Shown here in pieces: positions 1-13,260 of a stretch of 64,000 nt of DNA. The stretch spans positions 1,240,001 to 1,304,000 of the forward strand of contig OZ076409.1 in NCBI GenBank assembly GCA_964187785.1, in the 5' to 3' direction. The position numbers and the translations under genes are program-made. Source of the stretch: Amphiscolops sp. MND2022. Taxonomy: Eukaryota. The notes beneath the pieces are model-generated. The model was not told the origin of the DNA. It did not search any database and saw only the letters and a program-made list of their open reading frames with translations. Within the stretch, counting starts at the first letter, position 1. Each line of letters opens with the position of its first letter.

Positions 1-677
1 ACTGGTACCATGGATATGGTCCGGGACGAACCACCATGACACCAGCTCCTTTTACCTGCTAGGGGTTGCCCGTCCCGAGGACGCGAACCGTCTTAGAGGA
101 TGCTCTCTGGCCTGATACCAGTCTGTTACTGCTAAGAATCAGAGGAATTGAACTGGGATTTGCAACCACCGTGTAGATAGCTCATATAAACTGCTTGTTT
201 TGTTGATAACTGAGTTTCGTCCAGTGGGAATCTCTTCATCGGTAAATGCAAAGCACGATTAATTGACAATAGCCCTCGAGCATATTTTTATCTTAATACA
301 AAATTCCACATACAAATTAAGATAATAGAGTCCAGTTCGGCAAAAACTGTGAAAATTGGGCCGTCGGGAACCAGCGCTTGAGCTGGGCACAGCCCCTGGG
401 CACGGGCAGACTCTTTAGCCTGTCATCAGTACTCTGGGTTCAGCACCGTAAAATGCAAGATTCTGCGGACAAACACCGTGGTTTGGCACGTTTGAGCTCT
501 TTTTCTACCGTCTGCTCTCTCGGTCGTCTCGCTCTATCTCCCGGGGCGGTTTCCTTGACCGCTTTTCTTCACTTTCTGACAGGTACTTCGTCAAAAATAT
601 GATCAGGAAGTCACGTCAGATTGGACGAATATTTCAAAAATTGTCAAAATTTCGTCTTGTTACAGGATGCCGTTACA
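1..677 (-). mobile_element. Partial LTR of an LTR retrotransposon (runs off the window start); related to the LTR at 8044-8772
   Basis: Minus strand begins TGTAACGGCATCCTGTAAC. Shares diverged blocks with 8097-8772 (e.g. ccgtcttagaggatgc / ccgtctctaaggatgc; gtctgttactgcta; terminal tgccgttaca). Confidence 0.65.
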
Positions 678-3388
678 AATTGTGCTGCGAATTCTTGGAC
701 GTCTCCTTGAAAGATAGAGAGTCCTAGACACTCATTTCTGCTCGTTATGTACCTCGTCCGAGTTTGGTTCGCACCGATATCACCACTCGCTCATACGGCC
801 AGAAATGCTGAAAAAGGCTGTAAAACATCTTTCAACATTATTTACGGCCCAATAACGGCACGGTAGACTAATAACGAGTGACCCATTGACGGTACTATGA
901 AAAGTTTTGCAAGTATCTTTCAACGAAAATATCAAACAATCATATTTTCACAAATATTTTTAGAAATTTATTGTTGAACACAATTCATTAAGTCTCAAAC
1001 AACATACAAGCTCGCTAAAAAGAAGGATGAAAGCTCTGGTTTTTCCTTCCCCGTCGGGTCGGTCTTGGTGTTAATAACCAGAGGTCCAGCTCTTTTAATA
1101 GCCAATAAGGAGAGTACTCTAATGCGATCTGTGGTCGCCAATAAATGGTATTCTCCATGTTACGGGAAGCATCCTCCGTCTTTGCCTCCGTCCACGAAGA
1201 AGGAGGAACCTGTGATATGCCTATGTGGATTACGCTTTTTCCTCAAAACTACCGTCCAAACAGCTTTTAAAAACTATGCAAGTGAAATTGTGCTAAAAAT
1301 GCATTTCTCTAAATTACAATTACAGGAGATTGCAAAACAGTAGCTCACGAGCTAAAAAATAAAACAATAGTGCAAATTGCGGCATTATTGATTTCAAATG
1401 GCAACTTGTTGGGGTGCACAAGCACCGTGGGCATGTTCATGCAAAAAAACTCATTTTAGGTAATTACATCAAATAATAGCATCTTGCTGAGGAAAGCACG
1501 AGTTTTGCTATGGTGGAAAAAGAAATTTGCTTAATGCGTTCTTCAATTCTGCTTAGTTTTGGGTCTCGGGTTTGACAATTGTTCTTCTGGGCCTTTTTAA
1601 AGGGCTTGGTAGGTCTTTTTATTTGACACGGACACGATTTGCGTAAACTTTCAGTACATTGAATTCAATCTTCTTCGTTCAATGATTTTTTTCGAATTAT
1701 TTCACTGAAATGTATATCAGTGGACACTTCTGTTAAAAAAGAGTCTGAAAGACTAAAAACGAAATTTTATCATCACTCTAGACGTTGGAAAAGTGAACCT
1801 GAAAAGTTGGAGGTGAAATCAGTAGTAAAATAAATTTCATGTTACTGAGCTGTTGTATTTTGATCTCAGAATTTTCGGATAAAATGTGTGTAATAAACTT
1901 TGAAATTTGAGATACTTTTTGGTTCGGATGATTTTGGTCGCCTATAAATAATTCCAAGTCGAAATGCATAAACATGTAAATACAAGCAGTGATGGGTTGC
2001 TTAAAATGTTTTACAGGAATGACGTAATGACGTTAATGACTTCTTTGTCCGGGACTGACAGTCATACGCCACCTGCCCATTTTACCACTCTGTGGGCGCG
2101 TCCCGACAAAGGAGGTGTCCTCTTTAGCGGAGGCCCTCAAATAGGTTTTGATCTGCTCAGGACAAGCACTCAGGACCAAGAAACTTGTTCAAAAAGGTGC
2201 ATGGGCTACGAAAGAATTAAATTCACATCAAGGCTAAAGCATAAGGTCTTGCAGCTACGTCAAACAAAAGTCTTCTAACCAGAGAACACAAAAACGAACG
2301 AAAACTTTTAAAAATCTTTCGAAAAAATTTGGCAGAAGAGAACTGAAGAGAAAAAATTTATTTGTGTTTGCTAGCAATTTCGTTTCCGTTTCGAAATGAC
2401 CAGCTGACCAATCTCAATGATCATATCAAGACTTGAGAGAAGCATGCAGATGAACACATTAGCTAGGAGCAATAGAAACTGCGTGTGAACTACTCTTTAA
2501 TTAAATCACATCACATTTTTATTTGAAAAGACGACTTTTTTCGTGTCTCCCAACGTTTCCTAACAGAAATCTTGCAGTATCATTGCGCGTATTGTCCATT
2601 TGATAATTCGACGTACAATTGTGATTTGAATCCGGTAAAAAATCGCACGAAAAAGTCGACGAATTCATTTCTTTCACCAACTCAAATTAAACTGTTTACA
2701 GATATTTCTTTGATGACACCGGTTTTTGAGGTATTTACAGGCGCAGGTATTTTTTTCACTTTTCTGCGCGTTCTCAAATCACAGTATATCTAAGAATAGA
2801 TTTCCCCTACTAACAACCCATGGTCCCCACCACCGGTGAGGGAAAATTAGATTACATGGAGGCTATCCAACCATCGGTGGAAAATTCGAAAATATCGAAA
2901 ATAAAACTTTCGTTCAAATTTTTCAGCAACTGAGCTGATTCACTACACGAAATACCTTTAGACGTTATTCGCGCCCATGACGCATCAAAGCCGAACAAAA
3001 TGGGAAAATTTTCAGGACCAATTCGGAAGGTTCTGTAAATCCTGTTTGCAGTTTCAGATCATGTCCGAAAAGCATTTTCAGTTATCCAGTGAGTTTAGAT
3101 CCAACTCCAGTGATTTTTAGGGGAGATTTTAGATCTCATCACAGTGGTTTTAATCTGTTAATAATTATCTCCAATTAAAAACGTTCCGAAAAAAAATTCG
3201 ATGGTTAACATCTTCATGGGTTTGTTTTGCCATATGTGATTTCATACGGGAAACAGTATTCCCAGAAAGTAAAGGAAATTTGAACCGGCAAGCTGTGATC
3301 AATCGTAGTTGACTTTTGTCCTACCTTGAGTGTTTTCACTGTAAAATCACTGTGACTCCACTCTTTTTGTCTTCGTAGGCTTGTCATT

Positions 3389-3688
3389 TTACATCATTAG
3401 CGTTCGACCAACCTTCAAGTATAAATAGCCGTCTTGATAATACGTAGTTGCGCTGGCCCCAGGAATGTACTTGACTTCATTGAATGCCTGAATTGGCGGT
3501 CCTCCAATTGGAATATTATATAAATAGCCAACCCACAAAGCATCTAGCGGATTTCCTCCTCCATAAGCGTACCCAAACATCGTGTAGCGGTACATGACCC
3601 GACACCCTTCTTTCAGAGGTGTCTTGATTCTGTAGTAACGAGGATCATGCCGCTGTTCTGTGACGTCATTCTTTTGCTTGCCCCACAT
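3389..3688 (-). CDS. Candidate host exon or pseudo-exon; aromatic/Gly-rich beta-type domain (YYRIKTP...MYRY..GYAYG..PLD..WVGYLY)
   Basis: 99-aa ORF with protein-like composition and a possible donor AAG|GTTGGT after YLYLK. The frame is closed by a TAA just upstream of the ATG; no partner exons were identified. Confidence 0.45.
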   Translation of the reverse strand: MWGKQKNDVTEQRHDPRYYRIKTPLKEGCRVMYRYTMFGYAYGGGNPLDALWVGYLYNIPIGGPPIQAFNEVKYIPGASATTYYQDGYLYLKVGRTLMM

Positions 3689-3797
3689 GTTAGGTAATTA
3701 ACAAGACGCCCGCAAAGCACCGCGATATTTTCCGCCTTCTAAGTTGACTATTTTAGTTGCTTGACTATTTTAGTAGAAGAAGATTCGTTCTCTTTGA

Positions 3798-3831
3798 ATT
3801 CTTCTTCTTCTTCTTCTACTTCTTCTTCTTC
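3798..3831 (+). repeat. (TTC)n microsatellite
   Basis: ttcttcttcttcttcttctacttcttcttcttct. Confidence 0.9.
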
Positions 3832-4949
3832 TATATTTGTGACTAAATGCGTCACTATGCGGAATTTACTAGAATGAGATTCTGAGCATACGTCATACTG
3901 CAGCGAGTATGCGTCGGCAATAGTCAAGCAACTATAAAAGTAGTCAAGTAGTTTATGGAGATTGCGGAGATTCGGCAAAACTTTGATAAACAAACGCAAC
4001 ACAGATTATGATTTTCCTCCTCCGTCATATATGGGCGGAAAATAATAGTTAATTATCACAGAAAATCTGCAGTTTGACAGTGAACATCAAATCAACGTTC
4101 AAAGAAGGTGAACGATGTTATATGAAAGGTTTGGGAAGTCTCCAATTTAGTAATCTGTTATTTTGATAAGTTCACTCCCGCCAAAATGACATTAAGAAGT
4201 TCTAAAAAATTCCAAAATGACACAACCATTCAATTGGTCATCACTTCCATTCTAAACATAGTTGATGGGGTTTCAAGTCACGTGTGGGCTCATTTCCGGC
4301 ATTGTGAGACCTTGTGAGATATCAATATCATAAAATTAGAATTGTTGGATCTTTTTATATGCGAGAAACCGTTTTTGAACGTAAAGATTGTTACGGCAAT
4401 GTGGGAGTTCGAAACCTATAAAAAAATAGAGTAGTATTAGAATTCTCAATCAGGAACAGGGCACGTTAAAATGAGCATAAATTTGAGGTAAATCGTCAAA
4501 AATCAGCTTTTTGAAAATTAATAAAAAGTTAACAATAAAAAAATCAAAGAAAAAGTTTTACCTTTGGAAAATTCAATAAACAAGACATAATCATGAAACA
4601 ATAACTGATAATTAACTGTTATTATCGTTCAAAGAATTTGTTCAATAAAAAGGATTGAAAGTTGAATCAACTTCTAGTGTAAAAATGAAAAAAAACCCCT
4701 ATTTTACACGTATTATGCGCTTAAAAAATGCAGTTTTATATAAATACTATAAAGTTTTGCCAATTTTGAATAATAAATTTGAAAACTGTTCAACTCAATT
4801 TGAAAATATATCTCACGAAGAAAAAGAACCGCGTCTCAAACAAAATCCAACACCAACAAAAAATGAAAAAAATTAACAAAAACCTAGACATAAGTTTATA
4901 GATAAAATTCAAATGTTTTTTATTATCAAAATTACATTGGACATAGTTG

Positions 4950-5640
4950 AAAAAACTCATTCTAAACCACAAGAAACTTTATAATATAACGGAACAAACA
5001 AAAACAGTCTTTTTCATCGAATCCTCTATAGGAGTTTTCTGAATAATGGATGATGAGAATTACAAGTTTAGAAGTATAAAATACCGTTTATAATATAACA
5101 CCCAACAACAAACTTACAAATCGTCTAAAAGACCAACAACTTAAATAAATTGGAATTAACACTGAATTAATATTAAATAATGAAATCGATTCCAATAATT
5201 TGTAAAAAAAAAGCTAACGAATTTATTGTTGATACTTTTTTTAAAGTAACTTACTGAAAATTTATTCTTCAAATAATTGAAAAAGCTTTCGTTGAACTAG
5301 AGTTATTATCAGGAGTATATGAATCAGTTGATATAAACAAAACAGAAGAACAATTATGAACTTTTGAATTAGGCGCAGATAGATATTAATTCAGTTTAAC
5401 AATCTCAATCCCCATTCACTTTAGATCAGAACTTAACAGAGTCCTAGAATTTACAAACACACAAAACTGAAGGAGTTCATAAATCAGAAAAACCAGTTCT
5501 TAATACATCAAAAGTTCATCGAAAGTGTGATTGTGTAGATACGCAGTGTTCCGAAATGTAGAGAGATAATAATCAACCTTTAAAAAAACAGGAGGCAGTG
5601 TAAAATTTTTAGAAGCTGTTTGCATTCGTGTATATAAGTT
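4950..5640 (+). pseudogene. Degenerate Polinton/adintovirus-like minor capsid (penton) gene relic
   Basis: Very AT-rich block with fragmentary translations THSKPQETL, TSLEV*NTVYNITPNN, ELLSGVYE..DIN and KSEKPVL..KVHRKCDCVD. These resemble motifs I recall from Polinton-like virus penton proteins; many stops and frameshifts. Confidence 0.5.
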
Positions 5641-5869
5641 GAATGCAATATATATTCAAATATATATATACTAAATACTGAGCGCTCTAGTTCCGGTGTC
5701 CGCACAAATGATCTTGCTTATAGCCTTAATGTGCTGTAACTTTTCATATTGGTTTGTCACGACAACGGAGAGAAGTTTTACGGTCAGACTGGACCGAGAG
5801 ATATGAAGGTGATGAACTAAGTTTTTTCTACATGCTCCTCGCCTCAGAGCCATAGTGGTGACAATCCCT

Positions 5870-6510
5870 TCTCTGAAATTCATTGCTAATCCATCAGCGG
5901 ATTGGACAGTGAACCTACGAATTGATTATGGTATTTTACTTGAATCCATCAGCGGGTTCACTGATACTATTTAACTATAATTCATCGCAATTTCATCCCC
6001 AAAATTGCGAGTGAATTTGAATTGGGACTTCAGACTATTTTCATCACTAATCCATCAGCGGATTTTATGGGACTTGATTTTAGTAAATTCATTTTAAATT
6101 CATCGCCGTCTTACATTTAGTAACTCCAAATGTGCTTCTCAGTTTTTAAAGACGGTAACTCATCTCTATTTCATCGCATGGACAGTAGACAGAAAGAAAT
6201 GAGAAAACCATCTCTAATTCATCTTAAAAAGAGTGAATGTGCTGGATTATCTGTTTTGTTGAGTAAATTCATCCCTGACCCATCCTGATTTTGAATCGTA
6301 CTAAAATTGTCTGATTTATCGAGCAGATGCATCCCTATTTCATCGTTGAACTAATTTGTGTTAGAATTAGCTGTTTATTGAGTGAATTCATTCTAAACTC
6401 GTCGCCAATCTAATTTGTGCTGGAAATTAGCTAATAATGAAGGAAGTTCATCTCTTCATCATCGTAATTTTAGACCTTGTTGATTTTCATCGCATTTTCA
6501 TCCTGAACTA
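5870..6510 (+). repeat. Degenerate tandem repeat of roughly 55-60 bp built around an (aa)ttcatc core
   Basis: Recurrent attcatc/ttcatcg/ccatc motifs at near-regular spacing. Similar motifs in both orientations occur near 44440-44630. Confidence 0.5.
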
Positions 6511-6780
6511 AACTGGGCTTGAAAAATCAGCAAATATTCTCATGTTCTCATCACATATCCATCCTCAATTGCAAAATATCGATTTTTAGTGCTACAATCA
6601 GCTGGAAAACATCGTTTTCCCATCGCGCAATGTACCTTATCCTGATTTGGCTTGAAATTAGTGCGGTATCGAATACTTTCAGCTTATTTTCATCTCTATT
6701 GGTAACCACTGTCATATGTGCAGGCAATTGCGACATTGTAAATTGATGATTCACTGCCATTTACATAATATGTAGATTCA

Positions 6781-7600
6781 TCATGATGCGTGGCCACCCT
6801 GCGGCAGTTCACAACACCGGTCACGTGACTTACCAATTAACACCAACTGGCAGTAACCAATGAGAGAAGGCTGGTAAGAGATTTAGCGTCTTACCAGCCT
6901 GAAAAGACACGTGAACTGCTGTAGTTTAAGCTGCCATTAGAGATTACTCAGACCGAAATTGCGACTAGCTACCGCCCAGTTGGATAATTCACGTCAAACT
7001 TCACCAGAAAATACATCTACAATTCACCTCCAATAACGATAACTTGACTTTCTGAATAATCTTCCGATGAATCTACCTTGCGATGAAACTTGGATGAATT
7101 TTCTCAATTTGACTTTCTGATTCACGCTTATTATTAGATACTCAATTTCCTTTGTATACTTCATCTCCTAATAATCTCAGTTCAAAATTAGTGAATTCGA
7201 GATATTACGTTCAGCAATAAAGTAACAAAACACATCCGTAAAACATCTAACAAATCCAGTCCTTACTCACAAACTTTTTCACTTGTTTATATGAGTCAGA
7301 ATCAATGGACAGTGCTCAGAAACGGTAAAATCATTGATTCCTCGTTAGAAACAGCTCCTCCTGAAGACTTGAACATAGCACAGACGAACTCTCATGTTTC
7401 TGACACCAATGACAGTTCTGATATCTCTTCTCAGCTTTCTGAAATAAAAGAGAGTTACGAACGAAAGATTAGCGAGTTACATCAGGAATTTAGTCAACTG
7501 AAGGACTTAATGATGGCAATTGTGAATAAGAACAGTAGTGAAACTCAGCCATCTAGTTCAAAAGGTCCTTCAAAGCCGCCCCAACAGCAGGGGTTCGACA
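6781..7600 (+). mobile_element. Solo or orphan Gypsy LTR carrying the 5' part of gag (MSQNQWTVLRNGK...QQQGFD)
   Basis: ORF 7291-7710 looks like a coiled-coil gag N-terminus up to gggttcGACA (7600), the same GACA LTR terminus as the large element, then runs into unrelated sequence. Left boundary approximate; no TSD found. Confidence 0.55.
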
Positions 7601-8020
7601 CTGACACTCCATTTTGCATCCCCTTCGCTTTGGTGGAGTATGGAGTACTCCCCAGCAGTACCTGTCATACATGGCTCAAAAAGCTGAAAATAGCTGAAAA
7701 TACCGGTTAACACACGTAGCCAGCCACGTGATACGAAGGCCATTACCTGTAAAACAAATACCCGCTGATGGGCTGACATAACATGACATTCCAACACATG
7801 CATTTACGGGTTTTTCAACCTCAAAATGCCATTTTCGCACCTGAAAACGCATTTTTTCCCGGTTTTTCTGGGTTTCTTTCGTTCCAGCAGCCAAGAATAC
7901 ATACAGTAGTTAAAATAAAGCAAAACTCTGGCTTCTTCCACAGAGTCGAAACGGTCTTGGCGCTAAACACCGGAGGGTCAGATTTTTAATAACCATTCAG
8001 GAAGGCTTCCCAAAGACGAT

Positions 8021-8036
8021 CCCTCTGTGGTCGCCA
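8021..8036 (-). other. Primer-binding site, probably tRNA-Arg
   Basis: TGGCGACCACAGAGGG is close to the complement of tRNA-Arg 3' ends (...CCCTTCGTGGTCGCCA). A second TGGCGACCACAGA copy lies at 1128-1140. Confidence 0.6.
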
Positions 8037-8043
8037 AAAAATA

Positions 8044-8772
8044 TGTTCCATGTAATGAGAAGCGCTGAGCGTTTATTCGCTACAAGTGATGGAGGAACTG
8101 GTGCCATGGGTCGAGATTCGGGACTAATCACCACGACTCCAGTCCATTTTGTCCTCCTAAGGAATGCCGGTCCCGAGAAGGGAGAACCGTCTCTAAGGAT
8201 GCCTTCTGACCTGTTCCGGTCTGTTACTGCTACTAGTCACATGAAATACGCTTTTTCTTCATATCCACTGCGTAAATAGCCTGTAAAAAAGGGGCTGAGT
8301 TGCATAGAACTAATTTAAACAATCCAGATGGGAATCTAACGTAAATGACATCAACATTACAAGGTAGCTTTCGGATCAAGAATTCATCAAACAAATCAGT
8401 AAATACATCAAAGAAGAGTTAAAATCCAGTTTGGCGAATTGGGTTAGGTGGCATGGCACTGGTTCTCGGGTTTGGCACAACCCTGGGTCCGGATAATGCG
8501 ATTACTCCGACATATTGGTTCTGCGCGAACTTTGAAGGGCACCGTGGAAATTAGCGTATAGGCTACAGTTTTTCGGTTCCGTGACGTTTCACACACCTTT
8601 TCGACATTTCGCTTCTTTTTTCAGCCTCGCGGGGTCTGCTTGCTGTCTCTTTATGATTTTGGCGGGACTGATACCTCGTGAACTCATGTTTGAGGGCCAC
8701 GTCACTTTTGAAAGAATTTTTCAGAAAATTTTCAAACTTCGAAAATTTTGTTGATCACAGGGTGCCGTTACA
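8044..8772 (-). mobile_element. 5' LTR of a truncated LTR retrotransposon
   Basis: TG...CA ends on the minus strand (TGTAACGGCACC...GGAACA), followed after a short T-rich spacer by a PBS. Homologous to 1-677. Confidence 0.65.
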
Positions 8773-8799
8773 TATCAGACATAAATTAGTTTTCGCAAG

Positions 8800-11700
8800 T
8801 AGTCTGATTAGCTCCATAATTGGATGTTTGAAGATTCCACTTGGTGTTTTGATTAGAACTACTAATGGAACGCCTCCATTGCCATACGGGTTGAATTTGA
8901 AGACGGGGTTCTGCTCTGCTCAACTTTTCTCAGTACTCTTTGAAGGAGGAAGTGGGCGAAGTCATGAACTATGTGGAAAATCCTTTACGTCATTTGCATC
9001 AGATGACATGGGTGACAATGGACGGGAAAAGATGCTTGCTTCCTGAAGCGTGGAGCACTGTTAAGAGTTTCTTGAATGTGAGAAGCTGTTCACAGCTTCC
9101 TCGTCGTTGTAATGTTTTTAAATTTTTTGAGGGCAGTCTCCCATAGACAGCCTACGTGACGTGAGATGCTTTCGCAGGATACGTGAACTTTTTGTCACGT
9201 CTTGCAGCATAAGACGTCAGAGAAGAATTGCTGTCAACTCCGAGAAGTCGCTTCGAGCTGCCAATTCGTTTTCAGCATCTATGAAATTCGTATTATTATC
9301 TGTGTAGATAGTATCATAGGTGAATGGATGATTTGGTGTACCCATGTGTAGGCAGGTGAATCATCCGGCCGGGGACCTCAACTATAGCTATGAAGGAGAC
9401 GGCGACAGGTATTGCAGTGTCGTCTGATTTTGAGATATGAAGGAGATTTCGCTGGGACTTCCGAATGAGTAAACTTTAAATATGAGAACTTTTAGAGCTG
9501 CCAGTGACTCTGGAGCGTCGGAACAAAGACATTTCGCCGTCGGTCGTAGAAAAGTAGCCGACCAGTGTCCCTTTAATTGCACGTTTGGGGTACATTGACA
9601 TTGTGTCCAAAACACTCATTTGTTGAAACGCAAAGAATTTGAGTTGTGTCGCGAAGAGATCCGACTGTTGAGTTGGGTCTTTTCATTTTCGAAACACAGA
9701 ACTTGTAGACCTTGTAGCACACTTTGTTGTTACAACAGTCTTTTTGATTCTTGCACAAGTTGGAGAAACCAACGACTCAATTGTTGGCGCATGGCGCTGT
9801 CTTTGTAGATGGAATGCGCCAGTTATAGGTTTGCGTCACTTCGGAAGAACATCAGCTGGGATCAAAGACTGTTTTAGTTTCTTTGACTCATCGCAGCTAA
9901 GCCATTTTGTTCTTTTTCGCCACATGTTGAAATCCTCTAGAAGCACAATGCGCGGGGCTTTGATCAGAAGAAACAATCTGATGTTTTCTGTGCTCCAAAT
10001 AAGAGACAGGAGAAAAGCTACGAAACAATACCAAAAGTTTATATATCTCGTTATCAGTGACAACACAATTGTAGAGGCCGTCCGTCTCGCGAGAAGTTAG
10101 AACGTTGATCTTCGGCCCAGCTAAAGTTGTGGACTGAACGTAATTTGCAACTACAACTGCAGCAGAAAACCTGGTACGCGGAAGCCTGAGCGTCTTCACA
10201 CGACGACCCACTAGTGACTTGGCAGTCGTTAGAGTGACACGTAAGAGTCATCAGTAGATAGATCACGGAAGGAGATCACCGCTCTGTCGAACGTCTATTA
10301 AGCATCGCAGAACATGTGATTTTCAATCGTTGGGCATAAAGTGGTGGAGGAGAGCACATCTGGGTACTGATGGATTTTTAAGCTGAGTCCCACGTCTCAA
10401 GGATTGCACTGGGAACATGAAAACATGAACATCCCAATGCACACCAGCTATATAGGTGGGTTTACTAGAACCTTCAAAACAATAAAAATGCCAAAAGCTT
10501 TTCCACAAGATAGAAGGAAGCCATTTCCAAGAGGAACCCATTGAAAACGCATAATTTTCGATTTGTAATGTTCGTCGTGGAATTAGTAAGCGGGTTATTT
10601 CTGGCGTTGAAGACGATGATATGGAACTGATGCTGGGAAATTTGAAGATCTTCGTTGGAGAAAGAAGCCAGGATTCAGATGTAAGGCGTCCTGAAGAGGA
10701 ACTGCTTCTTCGGCTGAGGAACTGCCAGAATCATCTACTACAAAGTCACGCAGGATCATCGAGTTTGCTCGCGGGTATTGATGACCGTCGGCGATAGAGC
10801 GAAGAGCCTTAAATTGGATGGAGCAGAAGATCTAAAGCCAAAAAAGACAGGGGTCAGGCGCGGAACGTCAATCAGATGTCCTAGATGCCGTCTTCGCAAA
10901 TACGTCTCCACATTGCTGCTCTTCTACAGTGAACTGCTTACAACCAGCACCAGGAACGTCCTCTCTCTCCCAAAGCGTGTCAGAAGCTGGTCGAAGAATG
11001 ATTATAGGTTATCGTTTTGAGAACCACAGCAAGTGCAGTGAGTTAGTGTTCCTTTTAAAACAGCAGAGGTCTAAGGTTAGAATCTGCTGAGAGACGAGGT
11101 ATGATCGTGGCACTATCACGGTGTAGGTCATGGCTGTCCACATGTGCGGTGGACCGAGTCGCTGGGCTCCGTCGATGGCAATTACATTCACCGTTTTGCC
11201 AGTATCAAGAGATTGACCTAAATTGTTGTACTTTTTGTGAGCCATTATTCGAATGGTGCCGAGGACACCTTGAGTGAAAACAGGTAAAAAAAGCATTATC
11301 GACATTCACACTGCTTCTCATCGGACCTATTGTTTCGTGGAGCAAACTGTGGCACTTCAGATACCTTGCATAGCGACCGGTGTTGCAGTTTGGACTGGAT
11401 TTCGGATCATGGTCAGAAGAGAGTCGGTTGAAGCACAAACCCAGACCACGAAGAAAAGGAAGCCAATGGCTCAGTTTCTGGAAACCAGAGATACTCGCCT
11501 CATCTAATTCAAGCATTTCCTGAAGTCCGACTCCAATCGGCAGCAGTCACAAAGACCGGAAGATCATCCCCATTGACTTCAAAACTTCGCATAGCATGAA
11601 TATGCTTTGTCAACATCGTTTGCATATTTGTCTCGCTAAACCAGCAGCCGTCGCCACCCTGAGAGCAGGTAGCTGTAGAAGTACTGAAAGCGGCTCGCAT

Positions 11701-12300
11701 GATGCATCATTTGTTCTCGAAGCGAGCTCAAAGGAGTGCATGAGCAGAAGCATTGTTGTCAACGGTGATTGAGATCTTTTAGATCAGCGTGATAGTCCTA
11801 ATTTTCGAACATTGGTTAAGATAGGGCAATTTCAAACGAGAACATGAGCCAGAGACAGTAGGAGACTTGGTAGTGTGATCGACTACATAATTCTCTCCTA
11901 GCTTGTCGTATAGTTGTTACATGAGACCCAAGCAAGAAATTACTCGGTCTGTGGCTTCGTCATTGGACCACAGTTAAATCAATTGGTCAACGATGCTGGA
12001 CAAAATAAAAGAGCAAGGTTGTCAGCTAACCTCTCGTAGCAACAACAGAGTTGTTGAATTGGAGTGAAATTGTTGGTAGCAGCATGGGCCAGTTGAAGCA
12101 AATCGTCTATACCTTTCATGAGCTTATTAGTTGAAACTCGTTGAGCCCAGCGAGATTGTTTTAATTTGACGAGATCATCGCCAGAAGAAGGGTTCTCGGA
12201 TCTTGAAATGTTGTCACTTCCTATCTCACAATGCTTTTATCTGCAGACACTGTTGAATAGGAGTTAAATAAAGTGAATCAGTTAATCGTTCAACAGATGT
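8800..12300 (-). pseudogene. Heavily decayed BEL/Pao retrotransposon pol (RT/RNase H region)
   Basis: Minus-strand fragments resemble BEL/Pao motifs: RLP..F..A..VANY; LIKA.RI.LL...MWRKRTKW..DE; TFL...AKC...AP; Q.TLQYL. Boundaries approximate. Confidence 0.55.
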
Positions 12301-12993
12301 CAAAGAATTCATTTACAACCAGAAGAGATACTCATACCTTGCAAATATTGTGGTCGCATCACATATTGTTATGAGGTGAAATAATTTTTTTAATCCTCAT
12401 GTTTTGAAGAAAGAAATTCAACATATGAACTGAAACGGTAGTTGGCAAAGAGACACGTTTGAATCAAAAGTGACTGCGAAATAGACAAAATGTTCTAGAA
12501 TATTCCTAAAGTTTACAAAAGTGGCCAAAAATCGTCGCACAAATACCTACCTTGAGACTGGATGTAACGACAAGCTGCTTCCCAGAACGTTTTCGGAAAA
12601 AAGCAAAACGCTTGCAGCTGCTGATAACTAAATCTGCAAAAAGAAATTTCTTTGTTTTCGGAAATTGGAAATAACTGCACGCTAATTCAAACGAATTTAA
12701 AACTTTCACAGCAAATAAAAAGATTAGTATAAACAGAGACAAAATGAGAAATTTCCAATGATAAATTGGATTTTTCACGTATTGACAAGAAAAACTCCTG
12801 TATGTGCTTTCTGTATGAATCTCAGATGTTATAAACTGAGTATTATTGGATTGTTATCACCACTTCCGCGAATAATATCAGGATAAGTGACATCATTTTT
12901 TAATTTGTCTTTTTTTCTTAGATAGTTCTTCGCAGTATTAACTATCAAGAACTTGGAAGCAATAATCCCCCACTTGCTCGCAAATGCTACTAC

Positions 12994-13260
12994 CTAAACA
13001 TAAAACTTGATGGGGGAAGCAATGCAGAACTTTCCATAGACTTCGGGATCTCCCAATTCGGCGGCTTGCAAGGCATGTTGGAGTGTTAAAACCAGAGTGT
13101 TGGGTACAAACCAGTCACTTCCTATCTGCATAACTTTCGACTCTGACAAGGTTCGCCCTTCAGTCAAAGAAGGATTGATGGTATCCGAATGAATCGGTGG
13201 AAATATATTGCTAATGATAACAATGACAAAACAATATCGAAGGTGGGTAAAATTGTCCAT
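12994..13260 (-). CDS. Possible host exon encoding a signal-peptide-like N-terminus
   Basis: ATG preceded by ttgcag; hydrophobic stretch YCFVIVIISNIF. No other exons or homology recognised. Confidence 0.25.
   Translation of the reverse strand: MDNFTHLRYCFVIVIISNIFPPIHSDTINPSLTEGRTLSESKVMQIGSDWFVPNTLVLTLQHALQAAELGDPEVYGKFCIASPIKFYV

Noticed and set aside
8800..12300. Reversed or complemented (non-biological) coding sequence
   Set aside because: Spot translation of the complement and reverse readings gave no sustained ORF, while the normal minus strand shows BEL/Pao motifs.
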